A stretch of 64,000 nucleotides of DNA from Bugula neritina (lineage: Eukaryota; Animalia; Bryozoa), in assembly GCA_964035545.1 (NCBI GenBank), contig OZ037767.1:21654628-21718627 (forward strand), written 5' to 3'. Below, in pieces: positions 30,939 to 43,000 of this stretch. The notes beneath the pieces are model-generated. The model saw only the letters and a program-made list of their open reading frames with translations. It ran no database searches and was not told the DNA's origin. The stretch's first letter is position 1, and each line of letters begins with the position of its first letter. The position numbers and the translations under genes were made by a program.

Positions 30939-33765
30939 CCATAACAAATACTAGGATTATTAGTAGATAGTCTATAACAAGTATAAGCTTATTTATAATG
31001 ACAATTTTTCAAGTCTGCTGGCGATACCAATTTGTTTTTAACTCTAAGCAGCCTGATGCCACAGAAGCAAGTAGCCTAAGGTACCTGAATCACCCACCTC
31101 TCTTCCTCTTCCAGACACTTTATTTTTTTTATTTTATAAAACTAAAGCTGTTCTTCTGCATGTGGCCACTTCAAAAGTTTGTAATACACAGTATAGTATG
31201 AAGAAAAAGAAAATTGTAAGTATTATACAAACATCTTGGTGCAAATTTCTTTCCAGGGCTCAATATTCAATAGAATATTTACAACCAGATTTACTATAAT
31301 TGTTTATTATTGCAATAGGAAAGCAGTACTAGCTACATAGATGCATCCATCATCACTTTCCAATGTAATTGGTTTTACCTGTTGCTCCAGGTTTCACATG
31401 GTAGTGTATTTTATCCACTCAATACTCTTTTTCTGTTATTGTAAATGAAATTGAGCCTTGAAAGCGTTGAGGTCAATAATCTTTCTTACCACAACATTGC
31501 CAATCACATACTAGGCTTTGTACAAACATTTATATGAGTTTCATCTGAGCAATGAGGCACACGGGAAGATAACTCTGTGTACTACTTCTGCCATGCCAGC
31601 TTCATCGGATACATGGAAAGCTGCAGAGGAATGTGCCAACTTCTCTTCCACTAAATTCATCATGTAATTGTTTAGTGTAGGCTGGGCATCACTTGCAGAA
31701 ACACATGAATGCAACTGGCCCGTATGTTTATTCTCTTTAATCACCCTGGCAACCTACCAACTGCAATTAACAAATTCTTCTTATACTGCAAATTATATTG
31801 TTCCTGGAAGGTAGGGAGCGTCTGCAGCTAACTAGGATGACATGACCTGTGTTACCAGAACTCTTCCTTGATGATATAGGCTCTGTGCTATGCTATCTTT
31901 GGCCAAGGTGGGATCTTTTCAAGCATGAAGTGTAAGAGGCTGACGACTGGGAGGGCATTCCTTCCATATGATGAGGTTATACAACTGTGCTCTTACAACA
32001 TATGCCCATTTAATAGCTTTTAGATGAGACTGAATGGCAGTCTGCCATCTAACTCTATGATTCCTTATTTCTAGAAACTTTGCACAAAGAAGTTTATTAT
32101 GCCGTTAGCCATGTCAGGCGAGCTGGTTGCTGAGCCAATGTCAAAGTTATTATTTTTGGATAAGCTGGATTCCTTTCGTGGAAAATATGCTCTACTGAGA
32201 AGTATAAGCAGTTATCGAGAAACTCAATTTTGTATGCTTATAAACCGGCAGTCTTTGAGAATCTGATTCATTCGATAACTGCATCTACAGCTTAGCACAT
32301 CTGACTTTTAGGTAAGTTGCTTTATTATTTGATCCGCTGAAGTACTCAATACTAAACATAACCTATACTAGCGTACACTGGCATGATCTTATCTATAGCT
32401 ACATTACCTTACTGCAATGCTGAAAACTGCTTTCTCTGTTATTGTACTGTACTTGTTATCACATTAGTAGTTGTCTATCCAACAAATACTTCTAGCCTTT
32501 TATGCTGAAAAACTATTATTGTAAATTTTTAACTCCAAATTATGCACAAAGCTCAGGTGATAAGCTTCCTAAAATATTTATATTACTTTGGTAATATAAA
32601 TATTTTCCATGTCTGAACATTTATACTGGATTATTATAGTAATACATGTATTTCAATTTTAATCACTTACAAATAATTATACAACAATTGTAATTTATTG
32701 CTGCAAAAGTTTTTCTTAATTGCTTCAAAACTACACCTCCTTAGAAATGTCATAAATCAATTCTAATTTAATCCTCGAAATATCTTGTAAAAACTATGCA
32801 CCTATTTCAGAGTTAATTTTCGCAACAGCTGAAGCCTCATTCAAATCTCTATCTGTTTTTATCCTATTTATAACTCTAGCACTTTTACAGGTCACACTTT
32901 GAATAATGACAAAAACAGTTTTTATAAAAACATTAAATGCACTTTGTGTGTTTTTCTGGAATATTGATTGAAGACCATGTTGTTCAATAATCTATGTCAC
33001 ATCATTGACCAATGAAATATTAGAAAATATCTATAAACAACCCTAACATAGTTTAATAGTGCAAGTTCCTTTTTAATTTGGAACATCCCATTTCCAAGAA
33101 TACCCTACTTGCACTAATCGTAATGTGATTGCGAATAGATGGGGCCTCGCCAGCCAGCAATGTGTTAATGAGACTGTGTCATCGTCGTTGCGTGACGAAT
33201 GATGACGTCAGAGCAGGATCAGTTCTATAAACAAAACTTTATTGTAAAATGCCCTTTAGCCAGTCTTTCTGACATCATTTTCTTTTGCAAAACTGTATCT
33301 GAAGCAGTGTACCCAACAGGTCCATCAACATTTGTGCTCATAGGTTTTAGCATCATGAAGCGTTTTTAATGTTCTGTAAATTTTGTAATCAACTGTTTGA
33401 AGTTACCAGACGAAATTTATTTTCATTGAAATACAAATATTTTAGTTCAGTCATATTTATAATTAGTGTACTATAAAATACTTTCACATCAGCCTTCTAG
33501 TTTAATAAAATCCTCATTTAGTTTATAAGAAAAACCTGTAAACACATATGACGTTGATTAAACATATTTTGCTTCATCAGAATTATATTATTTCCTACCA
33601 GTTTACATTACTTTGTTTTTTTGCTTTAGCTAGCCAATGAGTTTTCACCAAGTTTGAACTAAGTTTAAAAATATAAAACGCATACATTTATATGGCATTG
33701 CCAAAGTTAAAACTACCTGCAACTGTTGACTAATTTTTTTTAGAACTCAATCAATCAAACAGAAC

Positions 33766-36649
33766 ATGGAGTTACTTGAAGGTAAAGACGCCTGCATGAC
33801 TCTCAGTGCATTTGCTGTGCTCCTCCTAGTCGTCTACTATATCAGGACCCACTGTAAGAGATATCCGGCTGGGCCCAGAGCTCTTCCATTTATTGGCAAC
33901 CTCCACCAGATCAGACGCTCTAAATCTATCGTCAACTTCTGTGAACAAAACAGGAAAATCTACGGAGATGTATGTTTATATTGCACACACTTAATAAAGA
34001 ATACTGGACTAAACCATTCCTAGTTTTTTACTTACTACACTTTTTATGCTTTATTAAAAAAATACTTATTTAGGTGTTGAATATAACACCAGTTTGATTT
34101 TGAAATGATATTTATATTTTTTTAAATTTATCGCTATTTATTGCTACTTACAGGTATTTACCATAGAAATTGGCGGTACTAAGAGAGTGGTGGTCTCTGG
34201 CTATAAAGCTATGCATGAGCTACTAATACTACACGCAGACTGTACAAGTACCAGGTCAATAAAAGCCTTCACCAAAACTATCCAGGAAGATTCTAAGGTC
34301 AACCCTGGTAAGATATTGTAGTGTACGTGTAGATATAATTAGTTTGCATATTATTTACTGCGAAATCAAATCTGTGTTGTTAATTTAATTGACAAATATT
34401 AAATGGATTATTCAATTTAACTGTAACCAGTGGTTTTTACTCTCCAGGATTGGTATGGGCGCCATTTCCTCAGTGGAAGAACATCAGGAAGTTTGCATTT
34501 ACTGAGCTGAAGAAAGAAGGAATGGGGAAATCCATAATGGAGCTCCAAATCTTAGAGGAAATTGACCAGTACACAAGTACCTTTATTCAACCTAACCTCT
34601 CTAAGCCAATCAACATGCACCTAACACTTCCACAAGCTACTTGTAACATCATCTCCCAACTAGTGTTTGGCCGACGTTTTGAGTACAATGATGAAGAGTT
34701 CAACCGAATGATAAGCGCTCTAAATGAGTCCATGGGCCTCATCTCGCAGGCAACAACTCTCCGGAATATTCCGTTCATCAGCTTCCTCATGAAGTCGGTT
34801 ATTATGAAAGAACAACACTTGAAACGAGATGTCATGATTCCAACTATCCGAAAATACATTGAAGAACATAAGATGAGTTTAGACCCAGCCGCACCCCGTG
34901 ATCTTATTGATAAACTACTTATTGCTGCTAATTCACAGCATGGCTTTTCAGGTAGATAAATTATTGAATTGATAGAAATGCATAATATTGTATCATAAGA
35001 ACTATGCTTTATTTTGTCAAATTTTGAAAGAAAGGTCTATTCTTGCTTGTACATTGTAATAATTGCTTTTGCTAAGGATTGCTGACTTTAAACACTTATG
35101 TATTTGAACACAAGAAAGTATGTTCAACTAAACTTGCACAATTGTAGAGAGCAATGCTGCCTTTGTCAGTTTCCACCTGTATGCTGCTGGATCAGAAACG
35201 ACTGCAACGACTCTTAGATGGGCTCTGCTCTTCATGTGTAAACACCCTGACATTAAACGGATTGTTCAGCTAGAGATTGATGAACAAATAGGTAAGTCAT
35301 AATTCAACCAATTAAATATAACATCTACTGAATTTCTTACTTGCAATAATTACATATACAAAAAAAATTGTGTACTCAAATTCATTATGCACTGGTGCAG
35401 AATCTATTTTTTGCAATTGATGTGAACAGAAATTTGCTGTCTATGATTAATGGGCATGATTGTATTTTGTCTTTCTAATTGCCACTAGTTAATATTTTAT
35501 TAATTACAAATTTTATGCACAATGTTCAGGCCTGGACCATGCAGCCTCCTACAAAGACCATCTCCATATGCCGTATACAGATGCAGTGTTGATGGAAACA
35601 ATGAGAATCAGTAACGTCGTAGCTACGTCACTTCCCCATTACACTAGTGCCGATATCTTCATAGATGGAAAAGTAAGTCAATATTCAAAATGCTATATAA
35701 TTACTATTTTTTAGATTTGAAAATTATTTATAAAATTTCTTATTTCGTTGTTTTTGAATAATTAAAAACCGGTCGGAAACTATTTTCTTTTGTAACCAAA
35801 TCTTTTGTCTTTCCAGATGATTCCAGCAGATACTGAAATTCTATTAAACATGGCATCTGTTTTACACGATGAGACGGTGTTTGAGGACCCTACAAAGTTT
35901 AAACCAGAAAGGTACCTGACTGGAAATATAGCCTTGAAGAAGCAGAGAACTATTCCGTTTGGCATTGGTGAGTGCTACTTCTACCATACAAGGTGCAGCT
36001 ATGCTTTCATAATCACCATGGCAGGCAAATGTGACACAAACCTGATAAAACTGAAAACCGGACACCGATTTTAAGATAAACAAAATTGTTTTTGAACATT
36101 TCAAATGATGATGATTTATGAAGCATCGGAAGTATGTTCAATAATAAACCGTATGCACTATGTGTGGTTTTAACCTCTACATATGTATTTTTCTTGAACT
36201 ATTAATGGTCGCGCACAACCTAGCAACGGCTATTTGTCTTTTTAATAATGTTTTTTTGTTTCCTTTTTTTATGTACTTTGAAATCAGCTTCATGCTGTTT
36301 AGTTAGTAATTATTTATCAATTATCTCTGAAGCTATAGTGCATTTGAGCAACGGCTAAGTATTCGAGCAATCCGGTATTTCTTTTGTCCAAACATACAAA
36401 CTTCTGGCATATCGACACTAATAGATCATAGAATGTCTGTTTACAATCTATTTACTGTTTACAGGTAAAAGAGCTTGTCTGGGAGAGAGTTTAGCTAAAA
36501 TGGAGTTGTTTCTTTTCTTTGTGACTTTGATGCAAAAGTATGATGTGTGTCTGCCTCCCGAGTCAGCAGTAACAACAGACCCAGTTACAACATTATTAAA
36601 TATGCCACAGAGCTACGACATCCTTTTCTCACCTAGGGGTTACTTGTAG
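33766..36649 (+). CDS. Cytochrome P450, CYP2 clan, copy A, 494 aa (exons 33766-33969, 34154-34307, 34448-34951, 35148-35291, 35530-35672, 35817-35967, 36465-36649)
   Basis: N-terminal TM anchor, [13 protein letters not shown] hinge, WKNIR (C-helix), AGSETT (I-helix), ETMR (ExxR), FKPERY, FGIGKRACLG heme motif. All introns GT-AG and phase-consistent. Confidence 0.95.
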
Positions 36650-39600
36650 CTTTGTTATTCAAATCATTTTGTAATTATTTGTAAATGTTTAAATACTGAT
36701 ATTTCTAGTTCTTTTAACAATGCTCATTGTTGCATCCCATTCATGAATGTTATTTATTATTTTGTATTTTCTCCCCTTCTATTTTAAATGTTATTGCTGA
36801 GTTGCTAGGCAACTTCTAAATGTGACAGTTTTGTAAAAAATTATTATAGATTTACAAGTTTATAAGGACAATATATTTATAACTTATTTGTACTTTTCAA
36901 GTTTCACTGCGGTGTTACAGTATGAAAAGAATTAACACCAACTACAGTTTGCAACTATTCATAAGAATCTATTTGTATATACTTGATACTATACTATTAT
37001 GGAACTTTAATGTTATTCGCAGACATCTGTACATTTAGTTATATGTGATTATCCTGAAAGATTTACGTGGGAGTCTATTTTGTAAATATTATACTACAGT
37101 AATAATGCAGTAAATACAGACTCAAGAACGAACCACCATTTCTTTTGATTTTTAGTAATGCATGAAGTTCGATGCTACAACATAGCATTGTGACATGGGT
37201 GCTATTTATATCAGAGTTGACATGCGCCTAATGCATGATGTGTTGTATAACTTGACCTACTAAAATAACATTATAATGACATTTCAAACACAATTTACTA
37301 GGTTAAATGAGAGTTGCTGTCCCCTTGTTATGCTGATGATCCTATGAGTTAATTGGCTCAGTCCTATACAGAACTATCTCTCAGTAGAAAGTCGCTTTAC
37401 CTAAACCTTGGTGGACCAACATTGACTAAAGCAGCTACCAGCAAATAACTCCCTGAGAACATCTTTGCTCCATAAAGTAATATAATCACATAATATAATA
37501 TAATCAAATAATATAATATAATCACATAGTATAATATAATCACATAACATAATATAATCACATAGTATGATTACGTAACATATTATGATAATAATATAGC
37601 ATAGAGAAATAACTAGCATAATAACCTAACACAATTACATCATATAATATGTAACAGAGTATGATAATATAACAGTATGCAAAGCTTTGCAGACAAAGAT
37701 ATAAGCGAGCAAATCATTCATAAAAAATACACCAGAAACAAAAATCACAATCGCAAAAGGATGTTCAGAACAGCAAGTAAAGGAGCAAAAAGTGCCAATA
37801 TAATATACATAACATGGTTTAGTGTTTTTGGCATTAAAGTGTCCAATTAGCCGGATTCAGGATGTGATGGGTATATGTTGAATGCACGACTAAATTTTTT
37901 AAAGTTGTTTTTAATAGGAATAGGTCTGTGATTTATACTTCAAATTTTGACACCACACTGTAAATAGTTGGATATAATAGTATAACATAGTATAATAATA
38001 TAATATACAAATATAATAACAATTATATAACAGTGTAATAGTATAATGACATAACCATATAGTATAAAAACAATAGTATAATAATTCTGAAAGCTTGGAC
38101 TATGGTAATGCGATGTTTATATATGCACCATGACCTGCTTGAAAAGTACTGTGATGTTATATTGTATACAACCAAGTGTTGGACATTTTCAAAATAACTG
38201 TAGCATTAAGCTTTACAATTAGTTGTAAGCACCATAAATGCAAGGGAGGGGGGAGGGAGAGGATTAGGTGGGAAGAAATGATTTTGTCTTTTGGATAAAG
38301 AGCGAGGGCATGAGTTGAACTAGGCACTGAATGCAGAGGTAAAAAGGCAACACAGACTTGAATGATGAGACTGATACTTGGGAGTGGCTTCTAGATTTAT
38401 TCTCATGATGGTGTTGATGATGTAACTTCTTATCAGAATATTATTCCTTGCATTTATAAATTTTGTTTTTCAAAATATGCATGTAGCAAATACTGTTGAA
38501 AGAGCAGAAATAATAGTGAAGCCAATAAATAATAGATTAGATTTCAATCTATACTGAAATGATTTTGACCTGATTGATAAAAGCCAATAATATTGGGTAG
38601 GAATGCATTTGTTTAAAATAAGGAAGGTAACTCCAGTTTTGGGTTTTTCAATGTTTAGAATTGTAAAGGGAGTTCTGTTTGTCAGGGTAAAGTAGAAATT
38701 GATGCAAAATATTAGAGCACTATAAAGGATCTACAGACTAAAAATTACCATTCTAGATGCTAAAACAAAAAGTGGAAGCTTGGAGAATACCAGGTATACT
38801 AAAAATAGCAAATGCACCGTATCATAGGCTCCAATCATTTGTCAATTATAAGTTAAAGTTTCATGGGTGTAAAACATTCCCAAACATAATTATTTTGATA
38901 TCAAGTTAATATATTACCCACATAATTACATATTTAAAACCCCATGATGCTCCCTGCAAAGCACCCCCTTCAAACAATGAGCTTTCCCACCCCAGATGCA
39001 AAAAAGGTGCTTGAATATATTATTTGAGATCAGTTTAATGTTGGCTTGCATATATGGCAACAAAGTTTTATAGTATTAGTGTGTTTCACATATTGGCACC
39101 CCCCACTACCTCTCGTATCAGCTATATAATAGCCTCAGGCTATCAACAGTCTACAGTTGCATTCAATTGGTTGCTTTACCCTGAAAAATATTGATTACCT
39201 GCTGACCACTGACCCTTATACCCCGCTGCTTAACAGATAAGGATACAATCTTTAGGCTCATGAAATAAACATAGTATTTGTAACGGACTGCACTATCGTA
39301 CATAATTTCATTATTGCATTGTTTATAGATTTACAAAGTATTACTTAATTGACTTATGCAAATTTGTCTGATGACCACCTGTTTCCATGGCAATTAATTA
39401 AGGTAAATGTAAAATTATATTGTTTTGTGGGGTCATTTTTTGTAATTTACAACATTTATGGTCAACAGCCTCTACTTATCAAAAATAAATTTACATATTG
39501 AACAATTTTACTAATTTCTTTGTTGGTTGAAAGCTTGGTAAACTCCAAAAATGGTGTGTTGTGTATAAAATTTTAGTTTGTGTTGTTTCGATGGGGTCAC

Positions 39601-40085
39601 CATTGAGTTGGAGATAACAACAAGGTTAACAATCAGTGAACGCCTTTTCTTGACAGGACAATTCTTATTCCATTCAATACACTTCATAGACATTACTCAG
39701 TTGATGCAGAGTTTGATCAGTTTGGCCAGAGAAATGCTGAATAAAACAGGTAAGAGAATTTCATGTAATGACTCATACAGCACCACCATTAAAATATCAT
39801 ATTCATTGAGTTAACTTAAGGGAAAATTTATGTTTGTATAAAATATATAACTTTTTATTACTTTACAGCAAAATATTCACCATAATAATAGTATGTTTGA
39901 CAACTGAAAAAATCTTGAATTGTTTCCATAATAATTGAAACTTGTAGTACAATTTCCCAAAATTTAAATGACTTTTGCTCACAGTGCATTTTAAAGCGAA
40001 TCGTAATTTTTAGTATAGTGTAATATGTTACTCTTTTTCTCTGATTGTGTGCCGTTGTGTGTTGACAGTGTGCAGTTGGTGGACC

Positions 40086-43000
40086 ATGGAGCGCATCACT
40101 GACACATTGCAGTGTCCCAGCACTCTTCTCCTGTCTCTCATTGCCAGCCTTGTATTTCTCAATCTTTATAAGAGAGCGACAAGCAGGTATCCAGGTGGGC
40201 CAACACCCCTGCCGTTGCTAGGTAACCTTCACCAGATCTTTTATTGCGGCTGCCTCATCAAGTTTTGTGAGAAATACCGAAGGATTCATGGAGATGTAAG
40301 TATAGCCTAATATTTACAAATTTGTCAACCTAAAGGTGACCGCCAGACGGCACCCTCAACATTTCTGAGTTCTGTTCACCGATTAACTGTTTTAAATAAT
40401 AATAATCAATATATATATAAATTTTTGTAGCAATGAAAATTCTATTACTATAGAATAAAGCAATTACTTTTGAACACAAATTTTACACTTGAGCTAAGCA
40501 AAAAGCTGCATACCTGCACCTAAAAGCAATTGCTGAAATTAAGTGCAGATCTTTGACTGTGTATGAAATTATACGGAAATTGAATGGCATCTTAACTTCA
40601 GAAACCAATTAGAGCATAGAATGCTAATCATGATAATGATTTGAGACAGAGAAACATAATTAAACCCTTAGTTATTGAAATAGAACCAAAATATGCATAA
40701 AACCTTATTTTTAACCAAATGTGTTATTGCAAAAGTCTATAATAATACTACGACCTCATATGCTGTTACAGTCACAGTTTAATATTACAATCCCACAAGT
40801 TATTACAGTCATAGTCTATAACTTTATAAGACAACTCTTTTTTTTCATTTGTTGTCTAGGTTTTCACTTTTGAAGTGGGAGGTAAAAAAAGAGTGGTGAT
40901 ATCAGGATATGATGCAATAAAAGAACTACTCGTGGATAACGCACAATACACAAAAACTCGCTCTCCCGCGAGTAGAGGGAAGTTGTTGACTCGTCATTAC
41001 AAAGATACTCCTGGTATTATATATAAGTTCAGTATTGTAGATTCTATAATTAGGCAGCAGCTGTGGTCTAGGGGTTAGAGCATTTGCTTAGTAAGCATGA
41101 AGTCATGGATTCGAACCCCGACAAAGGCCATTGGTGATGTTGAAAGGAGCATCCAATCATAACTGCTCCTGTGCCCCATCTGAATAATTGTCCTTAGCCT
41201 GATTCAACAAAAACCCTTCCATCAGGGGTTTCTCACAGAGATGGCGACTATAAACTTGCGTGATTTTATTGTAGAATCTATAATTGTAGTCATATTGTCA
41301 TTTATATATTATACAATCATACTACTATCTCATATATTTTGGTTTATAATATGCTTAGTGAAACTAATTACTGTGTCACCAAAAGATTAGATGTGACATT
41401 TGGTTGACCAGAAATGAAGCTCATGTTAGCTATAGATAAAACCCACCTGTTGTCCTAGCAACAGTTTTAATTATATTGTATACATAATATAACACGTAAT
41501 TATAAAATGTATTTTATATTCATAGTATGAAAGGAATGCCTTATATTTCTTGACTCCTAAAACTTTAAAAAAAAGTCAAGTCTGCTATTAATAATTATCT
41601 ACATGCATTGAGATCTATCTTTTTCAAAGCCTGACTCACTAGTTTTAAATAATTCTTTCTATTTGAAGTAAGCACCTCATATGTCAATACATAATTTACT
41701 ATATTATTATAATATATGATAGTGTTATGTATCATTTCTTAATTAAATATTGCAAGAAGATACAGGACAATATTATGTATTATGTAAAGTATTATAGCAA
41801 AGGTGACCAACTTTTTCAGACCTAGGGCCACTGAAAGGGAAAAATCAATTGACGAGAGCCACATTGTAAACTTTAGTTTGGGCTGGAGGGGGAGCCACAT
41901 CATTAGTAATTTTCAAAATACTTTATTCCGAAATTCTTATTAATAATTACACAATTAAGCCTTGATAGTTACTGCAGGCTGCATGCTTTGTGGCAGGTGT
42001 ATAATTTATAAGACATTTAAGAAAAGTTTTTCACTCTAATTCATATATGTGCAAAAATAATTTTATTTGCTATACCTTTGAGGGCCGCATAAATGTAGGC
42101 TGGGAACCACATCCGGCCCTGGGGCCGCCTGTTGGACAGCCCTGTATATTATAGAATAAAATGCAGCACAAAGCGATTTAATATACTGTAGCATAATGCA
42201 ATATACAATGTATTATAATGAAATATAGAACTATGTAGTTTTAATGTTGTAATTCAGTATTTTAAAGCATGCGCTATATAGTATATATTCTATAACATAT
42301 ATTACTATATAATAGAACACAACAATAAATACATTGGCCAACAGTGTAATAAAGCACAATGCAATTGCTATATACGAGTAAAGCCTACTGCTGTAAAGAA
42401 TGTGAGAATATTATTATATATAAAAGATTCTTTCTCTACATTAAATTACTTTTTACCATACATGCATGTATACCAGCTCTTAATAAAGATATATATATAT
42501 AAATTATCAGGGTTGTAAAGAGCTATAATAACTTGTTTTGCTAGATCTGGTTATCTCTAATTCAACATAAACATGTGGATGTAAAGCTCCCACGGTGAAA
42601 ATTGATAACAAATTTCTACGCTGACCGACTATTTTATCTGAAAAGTCTATTCTTAACCCTTACGGATCAAAAGACTATATATGTCCCTTTGACTTATATA
42701 CAAACAATAGCGCTTACTTTAAACTTCGAGCTTTTTATAAAGCTTTTGTTGGCCATATTATATGTTTCACTACTTGTGAACATCACAATATACTTGAGCT
42801 ACAGGGTTTTATTTCTTAGGTCGCAATTAGAGCTTCTTGTTCCATGCATAATTTCATTTGCCTGTGTTTTAAATTTCAGGCATAATTTACGCTTCTTACT
42901 CAAGTTACAAGAGACTAAAGTCTATGCTAATAGCGACAATCAAAGACGAAGGTCATGAACTCGAGGCTAAGATGCTGCAGGAACTGGAAGACTGCATGTC

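Noticed and set aside
29503-30942. Long ORFs (VTVYHLL)n and (SHCISPI)n; superficial CRISPR-like regularity
   Set aside because: Products of a 21-bp tandem repeat. No unique spacers, no cas genes, eukaryotic context, no convincing splice or start context.
31300-32000. Coding-like minus-strand fragments (e.g. ORF 31541-31744)
   Set aside because: Interrupted by stops; no recognisable domain or exon chain. Possibly an old TE relic.
41056-41130. tRNA gene
   Set aside because: A/B boxes are present, but there is no intact cloverleaf and the sequence continues into a repeated SINE body.
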